From Salinispira sp. (GTDB lineage: Bacteria; Spirochaetota; Spirochaetia; DSM-27196; Salinispiraceae), in the NCBI GenBank assembly GCA_965226555.1, contig CBDDDG010000024.1, positions 1 to 55,628 of the forward strand: a stretch of 55,628 nucleotides of DNA, given 5' to 3'. Of this stretch, positions 28,729 through 38,741 are shown in pieces. Within the stretch, counting starts at the first letter, position 1. The number at the start of each line of letters is the position of its first letter. The position numbers and the translations under genes were made by a program. The notes beneath the pieces are model-generated. The model worked only from the letters and a program-made list of their open reading frames with translations, did no database searches and was not told the DNA's origin.

Positions 28729-30950
28729 AAACGCCCGGCACAGGGGGATCGTCAGAATCACCGGACTTTGCGGGCGCAGCGGGCACGCCCCAGCTGAACC
28801 CCGAGCAGCGGGAGGCGGTGGGCGCTCACAATGGGGCGCTGCTCATTGTTGCGGGGGCAGGGTCGGGGAAGACGAGGGTTATTACCCGCAGAATTATCAG
28901 CATGCTTGAGGCGGGAATTAGCCAGAGCGCCATTCTTGCGCTCACCTTCACCAATAAGGCGGGTCGGGAAATGGCGGAGCGGGTGGCGCAGGCGGCGGGG
29001 CGCAAGCTCCCGCGGCTCACCATAGCCACCTTCCACAGCTTTGGACTGCGAATACTCAAGCGGCACATTACCCGCCTCGGCTGGCGGACGACCTTCAGCA
29101 TTTACGACAGCGCTGATCAGAAAAAACTCATACGAAACTGCGCCCGGGAAATCAACTGGAACCCCGAAACACTGAACATCAACCATGCGGCGCATATCTT
29201 TTCGACCATCAAGAGCGGACGCAGGCGCTGGGAAGATGACGGCATCGATATCACCCTCAAACCCCTGTATGAGGAGTATCAGAACAATCTCAAGCTCTAC
29301 AATGCCCTCGATTTTGATGATCTGATCAGGATGCCCATTGAGCTTTTCACCAATTATCCCGATGTTCTGGACGAATATCATCAACAATACCGCTACCTGA
29401 TGATTGATGAATTTCAGGATACTTCCATGCAGCAGTATGAGCTTATGAGGCTCCTCACTGAAAAAAGCCGGAATGTCTGTGTGGTGGGCGATGATGATCA
29501 GTCTATTTATTCATGGCGCGGGGCAAATTTTAGTAATTTGCAGAATTTTGAGAGCGATTTTCCGGAGCGCCGGGAGATAAAGCTCGAACAGAATTATCGT
29601 TCCACGGCTTCCATTTTGGATGCGGCGAATCATCTCATTCAGAACAATACGAAGCGCAAGAAGAAGCAGTTATGGACGGAGCGGCGCAGCGGTGTGCCCA
29701 TTGAGCTGTATCGGCCGGACGATGAGAGAATGGAAGCGCAGTGGATTTCCGATTTTATTCAGACCGCCCGACTGCGCGAGGGAGTATCGTATCATGATAT
29801 TGCCGTGCTCATCAGAACAAACCACCTTGCCCGCCCGCTGGAGGAAGAATTCATGGCCCGCCGCATTCCGTATCAGTTGAGCGGCGGCAGCAGCTTTTTT
29901 GAGCGCGCCGAAATTAAAGATATCATCGCCTATCTCCGCTGCATATCCAACCCCAATGACGATATCAGCCTCCTGCGGATAATCAACACCCCCCGCCGCG
30001 GCATCGGCAAACGATCCCTTGAGGTACTCCGCGCCGCAGCAGACGGCTCGGTCGCGGTGAACGGTGCGGCGAACGTGTCCGCAGACGGTTCCGGCGCGGC
30101 GAACGTGTCCGCAGACGGCGCGGCGCGGCAGCAGAGTTTGTACCATGCCATGAAGGATCTGGTGAAGATCGGCGGCAGTCCCCATGCCGGCGGCAGCCCC
30201 CATGCCGGCGGCAATCCCCATGCCGGCGGCAGTCCGCAGGCCGGCGGCAGTCCGTCGATAAGCGGCGCGGGGCTGGGCGCTCGGGCAATGGCCGATCTGG
30301 AAGATTTTGTCCGGCTTATCGATACCTTCCGCCCCCGCCTGCTGCGGGAACACAACTTTGCGGGTGTCCTCCGCGACCTGCTCACCGAGGTCGATTACTG
30401 GGGATATGTGCTGAATGAGTTTCAGAATAGGGAAGATATCGCAGAGTTCCGCAGGAAAAATATTGAGATTTTCATAAGCAGCCTTGAGCGATGGGAACAG
30501 CACCCCGATAACCGTGAAAGTTCCATTTTCGACTATCTCAACCGCATTACTCTGGCAGGACGGGAAAATGAAAGCGAAGACGGCAAAGTCAATCTTATGA
30601 CAATTCATGCGGCGAAGGGACTGGAGTTTGATATTGTGTTCATCGCGGGAGTAGAGGAAAACATCATTCCCCACAAGCGCAGCCTCGAAGAAAGCGGCAA
30701 TAGTGAGGAGGTGCTTGAAGAAGAACGCCGCATTTTCTACGTTGCCCTTACCCGCGCAAAAAAGAAGCTCTATCTCACACACTGCTCCAGCCGTTATGTG
30801 CTCCGGGAGCTCATCGACATGAACCCAAGCCCCTTCCTCGAGGAAATTCCCGATCAATGTATTCACTTCAAGGAACCCGAGGACGAGGTAACAGAGGACG
30901 AGGCAAAAAACTACTTTGCGCTGATGAAATCGCGGTTTACTGGCGATTAG
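28719..30950 (+). CDS. UvrD/Rep/PcrA family SF1 DNA helicase with repeat insertion
   Basis: LNPEQ, AGAGSGKT, TFTNKA, IDEFQD, VGDDDQSIYSWRGA, LEQNYRS, MTIHAAKGLEF, EERRIFYVALTRA. Confidence 0.95.
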   Translation: MVLETPGTGGSSESPDFAGAAGTPQLNPEQREAVGAHNGALLIVAGAGSGKTRVITRRIISMLEAGISQSAILALTFTNKAGREMAERVAQAAGRKLPRLTIATFHSFGLRILKRHITRLGWRTTFSIYDSADQKKLIRNCAREINWNPETLNINHAAHIFSTIKSGRRRWEDDGIDITLKPLYEEYQNNLKLYNALDFDDLIRMPIELFTNYPDVLDEYHQQYRYLMIDEFQDTSMQQYELMRLLTEKSRNVCVVGDDDQSIYSWRGANFSNLQNFESDFPERREIKLEQNYRSTASILDAANHLIQNNTKRKKKQLWTERRSGVPIELYRPDDERMEAQWISDFIQTARLREGVSYHDIAVLIRTNHLARPLEEEFMARRIPYQLSGGSSFFERAEIKDIIAYLRCISNPNDDISLLRIINTPRRGIGKRSLEVLRAAADGSVAVNGAANVSADGSGAANVSADGAARQQSLYHAMKDLVKIGGSPHAGGSPHAGGNPHAGGSPQAGGSPSISGAGLGARAMADLEDFVRLIDTFRPRLLREHNFAGVLRDLLTEVDYWGYVLNEFQNREDIAEFRRKNIEIFISSLERWEQHPDNRESSIFDYLNRITLAGRENESEDGKVNLMTIHAAKGLEFDIVFIAGVEENIIPHKRSLEESGNSEEVLEEERRIFYVALTRAKKKLYLTHCSSRYVLRELIDMNPSPFLEEIPDQCIHFKEPEDEVTEDEAKNYFALMKSRFTGD

Positions 30951-31057
30951 TACTCATACACAAAATATGTCGGTTATACATCACATGTGAGTGAAGATTT
31001 TGTGTAATATGAATTATTCAATATCAATTTTGAAACACATGAGCTATGGAGCATGAC

Positions 31058-33040
31058 ATGACAGAACCGGAAAAAATGAAGCTGGAATCTATGGATGTCG
31101 CTCAGGAAAAACGCGAGCGCCTCAGAAAGCTTTTCCCCGAGGTGTTTAGTGAAAACACCGTGAATTTTGACCAGCTCAAACGGGCGCTTGGCGAATGGGT
31201 GGAGCCGGGCAAAGAGCGCTTTGGATTGAATTGGCCGGGCAAATCAGACTGCATGAAAATTATTCAGCAGCCGAGTATCGCCACCCTGAAACCTGCCCGC
31301 GATGAATCCGTGAATTTCGACACCACTGAAAACATCTTCATTGAAGGCGATAACCTCGAAGTGCTCAAGCTCCTGCAAAAATCGTACTTCGGCACGGTGA
31401 AAATGATCTACATTGATCCGCCGTACAACACCGGCAAGGAATTTATTTACCCCGATACATATAGCGAAACGCTCAATACCTACCTCGAATACACCGGACA
31501 GAAGGATAGTGAAGGACGGAAATTTTCTACCAACACCGATGCATCGGGTCGGTATCATTCCAACTGGTTGAACATGATGTACCCCCGTTTGTATCTTGCA
31601 AAAAACCTTCTGCGAGATGACGGGGTTATTTTTATTAGTATTGATGATCATGAACAGGCTAATCTGAAAGAATTATGCGATATTGTCTTTGGCGAGGAGA
31701 ATTTTATCAATACGTTTTGTTGGATAAATAACCTAAAAGGCAGGCAAATTTCTGATGCTGGCGCAGCAAAGACCTATGAATATATTCTCTGTTATGCGAA
31801 TGATATAGAAAACATAGATGTATTTAATCATTCCATTGATATATTGAAAAGAAAAATGCCAGATGTTTATAAGATAGCTGATTATGATGTTCATTCAGAT
31901 GAATTGGGAGAATTCGTTATAAAAAACGAACTTCACAATACCAATATCTCAGAATTTAATGAAATAACAAGACCAAATCTTGTGTTTACTATTCATTATA
32001 ATTTTTCCACGAAAAAAGTAAAATTTTCCAATGTCAATGAAGATGTAAATTTTGATGGTTATGTGAAAATATCTCCCAAAGTAAATAAAATGACAAAAAT
32101 GCGTCATGTATGGAGATGGGGGCAAGATAAGATCAGCAAAGAACTCCATGATCTCCGCTTTGAAATTCAAGACGACAAATCCGTAAAAATATATACAAAA
32201 ATTCGTGATTATAAATCAACGACTATCAAAGATTTAGTTATGGGGCTTACTTCTAATGGCAATAATGAAATTAAAAAATTGTTTTCGGGTAAATCATTGT
32301 TTAGTTATCCGAAACCTACCGATTTACTTAAGCTTTTTGTTTGTCTGTCAAACAAAGACGACATTATTCTCGATTTCTTCGCTGGCTCAGCGACCACTGC
32401 CCATGCCGTCATGCAGCTCAATGCCGAGGACGGGGGAAAACGCACATATATCTGCGTACAACTCCCCGAACCCGTGGACGAAAAATCTGAAGCCTTTACT
32501 GAAGGCTACCAAACCATTGCCGACATTGCCAAAGAACGCATTCGCCGCGCCTCCGGCAAAATAGCGGAAGAACAAAACGGCACGCTCGACCTGAATGAAC
32601 ACGGCGCGCCGGACCTCGGCTTCAAGGTGTTCAAACTCGCTCCCTCCAATTTCAAACTATGGGAAGGCGATGTTGAAAAAATCGAGAATCTTGAGCAGCA
32701 GCTCTTTGAACATGTGGATCATGTCAACAATTCCAGCTCAACAGAGGATATCCTCTACGAACTCTTGCTGAAAAGCGGCTTCCCCCTTACCACTCATGTA
32801 CAAAAGCTCTCCTTAGCCGGCAAGGAAGTATTTTCCATTGCTGAAGGCGCATTGCTCATCTGTCTGGATAAAGAACTGACGCAGGAGGTGATCGATGCAA
32901 TTGCGGATGCCGATCCAGTGCAGGTCATCTGCCTCGATGAGGGCTTCAAAGATAACGACCAGTTGAAAGCCAATGCCGTACAAACCTTCAAGGCGCGCGC
33001 TCAAAGAGAGGAAAGCGAAATTGTATTTAGAACCGTATAG
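31058..33040 (+). CDS. mod: Type III R-M methyltransferase (Mod), intact
   Basis: ERFGLNWPGK, NIFIEGDNLEVLK, IYIDPPYNTG, YPKP, LDFFAGSATT. AT-rich central TRD region. Confidence 0.94.
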   Translation: MTEPEKMKLESMDVAQEKRERLRKLFPEVFSENTVNFDQLKRALGEWVEPGKERFGLNWPGKSDCMKIIQQPSIATLKPARDESVNFDTTENIFIEGDNLEVLKLLQKSYFGTVKMIYIDPPYNTGKEFIYPDTYSETLNTYLEYTGQKDSEGRKFSTNTDASGRYHSNWLNMMYPRLYLAKNLLRDDGVIFISIDDHEQANLKELCDIVFGEENFINTFCWINNLKGRQISDAGAAKTYEYILCYANDIENIDVFNHSIDILKRKMPDVYKIADYDVHSDELGEFVIKNELHNTNISEFNEITRPNLVFTIHYNFSTKKVKFSNVNEDVNFDGYVKISPKVNKMTKMRHVWRWGQDKISKELHDLRFEIQDDKSVKIYTKIRDYKSTTIKDLVMGLTSNGNNEIKKLFSGKSLFSYPKPTDLLKLFVCLSNKDDIILDFFAGSATTAHAVMQLNAEDGGKRTYICVQLPEPVDEKSEAFTEGYQTIADIAKERIRRASGKIAEEQNGTLDLNEHGAPDLGFKVFKLAPSNFKLWEGDVEKIENLEQQLFEHVDHVNNSSSTEDILYELLLKSGFPLTTHVQKLSLAGKEVFSIAEGALLICLDKELTQEVIDAIADADPVQVICLDEGFKDNDQLKANAVQTFKARAQREESEIVFRTV

Positions 33041-33061
33041 GGATGAGGGGGTGGTCGCTGA

Positions 33062-36049
33062 ATGAAACTGAAATTTGACCCTTCACTGGATTATCAGCAG
33101 GATGCCATCAGCTCCGTGGTAAATATCTTTGAAGGTCAGCTCATTGCGCAATCCAACTTTGAAATTAGTACTACCGTTGACGGCGCCATGAAGCTGTCAG
33201 AGCTGGGGGTTGGCAATAATATCACCCTAGATAATGAACAAATATTAACCAACGTCCGTAAGGTTCAGGAAGCAAACGATATTGAGAAAGTATCTGATCT
33301 ACAGGGACGCGAATTCTCCATAGAAATGGAAACCGGCACTGGGAAAACCTATGTCTATCTGCGTTCCGTCTTTGAGCTTTCCAAAAATTACGGATTAAAG
33401 AAATTTATCATCGTGGTGCCGGGTATTGCCATTCGTGAAGGTGTGCTGAAAAGTATTACTATTATGAAGGATCACTTCCGCGCGATCTACAATAACGAAC
33501 CATTCAATTATTTTGTGTACGACTCCAAAAAGCTGGGATGTGTGCGTAAGTTTGCTGCCGGCAACCAGATTCAGATCATGGTAATCAACATTCAATCCTT
33601 CAGTAAGGACGTGACCGATAAAGATATTGCCGAAATGACAGATGACGAGCTGAAAAAGCTGAATATCATTAACCGTGAAAATGAAAAAATGTCAGGCCGC
33701 AGACCGATCGAATTTATCCAGGCAGCCAACCCCATCGTCATAATTGATGAACCGCAGAGTGTCGATAATACCCCCAAAGCCAGGCGCGCTATTGCCAATT
33801 TGAACCCTGTTTTCACCGTGCGATATTCCGCAACCCACCGGAATTCTTATAATCTGCTCTACAGGCTCGACCCGATCCGCGCCTACGACCTGCGTCTGGT
33901 AAAACGTATTGAAGTGGCATCTGTCCGTTCCGATGGCAGTTTCAATGATGCGTACGTGAAGCTGCTCAAAACCGATAACACGAACGGCATTAGGGCTCAG
34001 GTGGAAATTCACAAGGAAATAAACGGAAACATCACAGCAACCAAGGTAACACTCAAACAGGGCGATGATCTGTATAGTAAATCTGGCGAGCGCGAGAATT
34101 ACGCTCAAGGTTATATTGTGCAAAATATCGATTGCACACCGGGAGATGAATATATTGAGTTTAATAGCGGAAAATTCCTTACACCCGGTAATGAGATAGG
34201 CGGCCTTGGCGATGATATTATGAAGGCGCAGGTGCGGGAAACCGTTGAGCAACATCTTAAGAAGGAACGGGCATTAAAAGGTAAAGGTGTTAAGGTGCTG
34301 TCTCTGTTTTTCATCGACAAGGTAGCCAATTATCGCATGTACAACGATGACGGTACCACCACTCTTGGCAAGATCGGTCAGTGGTTTGAGGAGGCTTACA
34401 CGGATGTGTCTGCCAAGCCGATGTATAAGGAGTTCGCCGCTGCCAATGTTGCTAAAATCCACAATGGCTATTTCTCACAGGACAAGAGTGGCCGCTCCAA
34501 GGATACCAGCGGGAAAACCGCAGATGATGAAGATACCTATAACCTGATTATGCGGGATAAGGAGCGCCTGCTTGATCCGGCAGAACCCCTGCGCTTCATT
34601 TTCTCACACAGCGCTTTGCGTGAAGGCTGGGATAATCCGAATGTGTTTCAAGTCTGTACGTTACATGAGTCAAAATCAGTTGAGAAGAAACGACAGGAGA
34701 TTGGACGCGGTCTGCGCCTGCCGGTGAATGAGCATGGCGAACGCGTGCATGATGAAAATGTTAACCGTCTTACCGTCATTGCCAATGAATCCTACGAAAA
34801 TTTTGCCCGATCTCTGCAGAATGAATTTAAGGAAGATTTTGGTATTATCTTCGGGCGCATTAAGAAGATTACCTTTGCCAAGATTCCCCGCGCTAACGAT
34901 GATGAAACCACAGAACCGCTCGGCCAAGAAGAATCTGCTAAGATATGGGAGGAGTTGAAGGTCAATGGTTATATCAATGATGTAGGTGAAATACTCGATA
35001 CATTTGATCCTGAAAATCCGAATTTTGAATTGAAGATTGATGATAGTTACAGCGATATTAAGGCCAATATCATTGATAAGATACAGAGCCTTATATTCAA
35101 AGACCGTGTAAAAAATGTACGTGATCGGCGTGAGTTGAAATTCAAAAAGGAAATTTATTTAAGTGAAGATTTCGAGATATTGTGGAATAAAATCAAACAC
35201 CGCACGCGCTATCGAGTAACTTTTGATACAAAAGAGCTTATTACATGCGCAGTAAAACGCATCAGGGAACTGGAGAAGATCAAGCCGGTACGTGTTGTTA
35301 TGACGCGGGTGGGTGTTGATATTGCCGATGCCGGCGTAAGTACTGATCGTAAGCTTGAAAAAAGGAATTATGAAACTGGCGGCGTGAAAGTATTGCCGGA
35401 TATCCTCGCCTACCTGCAGAAGGAAACAGAATTAACCAGACATACCCTAGTGGAGATATTGAAAAAATCCGGTCGTCTGAAGGAGTTTCAGATTAATCCA
35501 CAGCAATTTATGGCACTTGCGGCCCGGGAGATATCCGGATCATTGCATGATGTAATGTTAAAAGGCATCCAATATGAAAAGATTGCCAACTATTGGGAAA
35601 TGAACCGTATTAAGGACGATGCGGAAGAAGGCATTGTCCGCTATCTGAATAATCTCTATGAAGTACAGAATTCCGGAAAATGCCTGTTTGATGTGGTAGA
35701 ATATGATTCTGAAGTAGAAAAACGATTCGCGCGTGACCTAGATAACAACGAGAATGTACGATTGTTTGTGAAGTTACCCAGCTGGTTCAAAATTGACACC
35801 CCGATTGGTCCTTATAATCCAGATTGGGCATTTATCGCCGACTCTGATGAAAAGCTCTATTTTGTGTGTGAAACAAAAGGCACACTGGATAGCCGTGAAC
35901 GCCGGACGAAGGAAAATCAGAAAATAGATTGCGGTGAGAGCCATTTTAAAGCAATTGGTGTAGATTATGCCGTTGCAACAAAGCTTTCAGAGGTTGAATT
36001 TTCACAGAGTAGTAGTACATATCAGCCTCCGCCTTCCTACAATGTATAA
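33062..36049 (+). CDS. res: Type III R-M restriction subunit, intact
   Basis: EMETGTGKTY, IIDEPQ, RYSATH, LREGWDNPNVFQ, QEIGRGLRL, YNPDWA...ETKG. Confidence 0.94.
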   Translation: MKLKFDPSLDYQQDAISSVVNIFEGQLIAQSNFEISTTVDGAMKLSELGVGNNITLDNEQILTNVRKVQEANDIEKVSDLQGREFSIEMETGTGKTYVYLRSVFELSKNYGLKKFIIVVPGIAIREGVLKSITIMKDHFRAIYNNEPFNYFVYDSKKLGCVRKFAAGNQIQIMVINIQSFSKDVTDKDIAEMTDDELKKLNIINRENEKMSGRRPIEFIQAANPIVIIDEPQSVDNTPKARRAIANLNPVFTVRYSATHRNSYNLLYRLDPIRAYDLRLVKRIEVASVRSDGSFNDAYVKLLKTDNTNGIRAQVEIHKEINGNITATKVTLKQGDDLYSKSGERENYAQGYIVQNIDCTPGDEYIEFNSGKFLTPGNEIGGLGDDIMKAQVRETVEQHLKKERALKGKGVKVLSLFFIDKVANYRMYNDDGTTTLGKIGQWFEEAYTDVSAKPMYKEFAAANVAKIHNGYFSQDKSGRSKDTSGKTADDEDTYNLIMRDKERLLDPAEPLRFIFSHSALREGWDNPNVFQVCTLHESKSVEKKRQEIGRGLRLPVNEHGERVHDENVNRLTVIANESYENFARSLQNEFKEDFGIIFGRIKKITFAKIPRANDDETTEPLGQEESAKIWEELKVNGYINDVGEILDTFDPENPNFELKIDDSYSDIKANIIDKIQSLIFKDRVKNVRDRRELKFKKEIYLSEDFEILWNKIKHRTRYRVTFDTKELITCAVKRIRELEKIKPVRVVMTRVGVDIADAGVSTDRKLEKRNYETGGVKVLPDILAYLQKETELTRHTLVEILKKSGRLKEFQINPQQFMALAAREISGSLHDVMLKGIQYEKIANYWEMNRIKDDAEEGIVRYLNNLYEVQNSGKCLFDVVEYDSEVEKRFARDLDNNENVRLFVKLPSWFKIDTPIGPYNPDWAFIADSDEKLYFVCETKGTLDSRERRTKENQKIDCGESHFKAIGVDYAVATKLSEVEFSQSSSTYQPPPSYNV

Positions 36050-36109
36050 GCTAGCCACTCTGATTCATCCAAAGTCCTTATAGAAGCTTTCTATACCATA
36101 ATTTTCCAA

Positions 36110-36194
36110 TACCGGAGACGGGACTTGAACCCGTACAGCTGCAATAGCCGGGGGATTTTAAGTCCCCTGTGTCTACCAATTCCACCACTCCGGC
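36110..36194 (-). tRNA. tRNA-Leu(TAA)
   Basis: GCCGGAGTGGTGGAATTGGTAGACACAGGGGACTTAAAATCCCC...GGTTCAAGTCCCGTCTCCGGTA. Long variable arm; CCA not encoded. Confidence 0.97.
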
Positions 36195-36268
36195 AGGTCT
36201 GACTGCATCACTCGCTCCCGCAGGCAGCGCGGCACTCGGATTTGTCAACAAACGACTTGTCAACAAGC

Positions 36269-36297
36269 ATTATACTTATACCCGCTTTGCTGGGCAA
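36269..36297 (-). promoter_or_regulatory. Putative sigma70 promoter of tRNA-Leu
   Basis: Minus strand TTGCCC-17 bp-TATAAT. Confidence 0.55.
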
Positions 36298-36327
36298 TTG
36301 TTAAAAACTTTGTGTTTTGAAAAATTT

Positions 36328-36336
36328 TGTTATAAT
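36328..36336 (+). promoter_or_regulatory. Extended -10 element immediately before tatD ATG
   Basis: TGTTATAAT ends 5 nt before ATG 36342. No SD present. Confidence 0.5.
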
Positions 36337-36341
36337 GCGGT

Positions 36342-37535
36342 ATGAATAATAACAGAAAATATATTGATAGTCATTTTCATCTCATGGAGCTGAAAATGAA
36401 AAAACTGAATCCGGCCGATGTTCTCAGTGAATCGCTGAGGGAGGGGGTCAGGATGGGCATGGATATTGCGACCGATCTCAACAACATTGATGAGCGGCGT
36501 AATCTTCTTGCTGCCGCATCCTCTGCTGCCGGGCAGGCTGACGGATCGGAAAAATCCGACATTCGATTCGGCTATACCCTTGGGTTATATCCGAGTGAGG
36601 CAGAACAGAAACATTTCCGCAATGACATTGACCGGCTGGAAAGCGAACTTCGTCGGCGAATTGAAGACCCCTTGCTCTGGGCGCTTGGTGAAATTGGTCT
36701 TGATTTTTACTGGAACTACAGCACTCCCGATAGACAGAAGGAACTTTTCCAATCTCAGGTGGAGCTTGCGCAAACATTTGACCTCCCGATAGTTATCCAT
36801 AACAGGGAGGCCGACAGAGAACTGTATGAAATTCTCCAGAATCCGGCTGCGCCCCCAGCGGCTCCGGCGGTTCAGTCCGCAAATCTCGCTGCCCCAGCGG
36901 CTCCCGCTGCCCCAGCGCCCCCATCGGCTCCGGCGGCTCAGGCCGCAAATCCCGCGCCCCCAGCGGCTCCGGCCGCAAATCCCGCTGCCCCAGCGCCTCC
37001 CGCTGCTCCCCCAGCCGCGGCTCTCGCTGCCCCAGCGGCTCCGGCCGCAAATCCCGAAAATCCCGCTGCCCCAGCGCCCCCAGCCGCGCAGGGAACAAGC
37101 AGGGTAAGGGGCATTATGCACTGTTTTTCATCGAACAGAGAATGGATGGAAGCCTTTCTTGATCTTGGTTTTTTCATTAGTTTTGCGGGAAACGTTACCT
37201 TCAAAAATGCCGGTATTATTCAGGATGCGGCTCGCGCTGTTCCGCTTGACCGTGTACTGCTGGAAACCGACTCGCCCCATCTTGCGCCTGTTCCGAAGCG
37301 CGGTACGATAAACCGGCCTGCCTTTGTTAGCCATGTATATCGGTTTTTCGCAGAGCTCAGAGGTATGACCCCTCATGAAGTGCAGGAACAGGTATCTGAA
37401 AATTTCATTCGGGCAGTTCCCCGGAGCGCGGGGGGTGAGGGGCCTCCAGTCCCAGAGCAGAGCGCTGCGCAGACCCCGACGGATGCGGGACAGACCCCTG
37501 CGCGTCCATTCCCAGAGCAGAGCGCGGAAACCTGA
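36342..37535 (+). CDS. tatD: TatD family DNase with long Ala/Pro-rich insertion
   Basis: IDSHFH, LGEIGLD, VIHNR, GIMHCF, LLETDSPHL.P.P.RG..N.P. Confidence 0.93.
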   Translation: MNNNRKYIDSHFHLMELKMKKLNPADVLSESLREGVRMGMDIATDLNNIDERRNLLAAASSAAGQADGSEKSDIRFGYTLGLYPSEAEQKHFRNDIDRLESELRRRIEDPLLWALGEIGLDFYWNYSTPDRQKELFQSQVELAQTFDLPIVIHNREADRELYEILQNPAAPPAAPAVQSANLAAPAAPAAPAPPSAPAAQAANPAPPAAPAANPAAPAPPAAPPAAALAAPAAPAANPENPAAPAPPAAQGTSRVRGIMHCFSSNREWMEAFLDLGFFISFAGNVTFKNAGIIQDAARAVPLDRVLLETDSPHLAPVPKRGTINRPAFVSHVYRFFAELRGMTPHEVQEQVSENFIRAVPRSAGGEGPPVPEQSAAQTPTDAGQTPARPFPEQSAET

Positions 37536-38682
37536 GGGTAACAGTGGTGCCGATCCCCGGTTCACTCTGAACATCAATGCTCCCGTCATGGGCTGTCATA
37601 ATGTTTTTAACACTGAGCATGCCAAGCCCTGTTCCGCCCTTCGAAAGAGAATAGAAGGGTTCAAATATACGGTTCAGTGTTATCTTGTCCATACCGTGTC
37701 CGGTATCGTTTATTGTTATCATGATCCTATCTGCTGATATTTCACCCCTGAGCGTAAGCGTGTCATTCTGCGTCATAGCCTTCAGGGCATTATCGCAGAT
37801 ATTGTGTATTGCGCGGATAATTCTGTTTTCATCGAGATGAATAGTGTTATTTCCCTCATAGCTGCTAGTGAATGTTATATTCCTGTCCTGACAGTTTTTT
37901 TGTAGTGAATCTTCAATTTTCCGGAAGAGTATCGGCAGGGATGTAAATACCCTGTGTAGTTTTATCTCTCCTCTCGTATAGTCGAGGAGCTCCTGAGTAA
38001 GCTGGTTAAGCCTTTCGGCCGCGTTGGTAATTTTTTTCGCATAGTCTCTCACGTGCTCAGGTTTGTTATGTACGGACTGAATTATTTCACTATAGCTTTT
38101 GATAATAGAAAGCGGGTTTTTTATGTCATGGATAATGAGACTTGAAAGTTTGCCCAACTTTGCGAAAAGTTGAGCCTGAACAAGCTCTCCCTGAGTTGTG
38201 CGCAGTGTGTGGAGAATGCTCTGCAGTTCTTTATTTTGTTCTGTGAGATTTGCGATAAAGATGTCATGTGCCGCGCGGAGAGTAATGCTGAGATTTTTCA
38301 CTACTGAAAACATAATTTTGGGATGTTTATCGCAGAGAGAAAGAAAATCTTTCTTGTGCATAATAAGAAACTGACTTTCTTCACGGGCAACAACCGTGGC
38401 GCTCCGCTTCTGATTATCGATAATGGCAAGTTCCCCGAAAACATGTCCGGCAGTCTGCGTGCCAATAAGGACGGCAGTGCCTGAATTAAAGTTCTTCCAA
38501 ATATTCACCGAACCGCTTCGTATAATATACAGACCTGTGGCAGGAGTATTTTCCGAGAGTATTACGTCATCCTGTATGGAGTTCAGGGAGATAAACTCCG
38601 GGCTAATTGCCTTAATTTCGTCAACATTTAAATCTTTAAAGAGATCAAGCTGGCACAGGAATGTTTCTAAAGAATTGTTCAT
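37405..38682 (-). CDS. Cyclic-nucleotide-binding domain sensor histidine kinase
   Basis: cNMP motif FGELAII....RSATV, H-box IIHDIKNPL, N-box NICDNA, DTGHG, GGTGLG, GTTV. Confidence 0.92.
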   Translation of the reverse strand: MNNSLETFLCQLDLFKDLNVDEIKAISPEFISLNSIQDDVILSENTPATGLYIIRSGSVNIWKNFNSGTAVLIGTQTAGHVFGELAIIDNQKRSATVVAREESQFLIMHKKDFLSLCDKHPKIMFSVVKNLSITLRAAHDIFIANLTEQNKELQSILHTLRTTQGELVQAQLFAKLGKLSSLIIHDIKNPLSIIKSYSEIIQSVHNKPEHVRDYAKKITNAAERLNQLTQELLDYTRGEIKLHRVFTSLPILFRKIEDSLQKNCQDRNITFTSSYEGNNTIHLDENRIIRAIHNICDNALKAMTQNDTLTLRGEISADRIMITINDTGHGMDKITLNRIFEPFYSLSKGGTGLGMLSVKNIMTAHDGSIDVQSEPGIGTTVTLRFPRSALGMDAQGSVPHPSGSAQRSALGLEAPHPPRSGELPE

Positions 38683-38694
38683 CGTTCTTCTAAA

Positions 38695-38722
38695 AAAACT
38701 CCCGTCCGCAGACGGGAGTTTT
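38695..38722 (-). terminator. Rho-independent terminator downstream of flaA operon
   Basis: AAAACTCCCGTC-CGCA-GACGGGAGTTTT hairpin, followed by a U run on the minus strand. Confidence 0.85.
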
Positions 38723-38741
38723 ATCTATTATAACAAATGTT

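Noticed and set aside
31058..33040. Simple-sequence-repeat phase variation of mod (phasevarion)
   Set aside because: No SSR tract is seen in either mod gene or its leader.
36050..36109. att site or terminator at the tRNA-Leu 3' end
   Set aside because: No duplicate of the tRNA 3' end was noticed. The TATAGAA-GCT-TTCTATA hairpin is weak and lacks a clear U tract.
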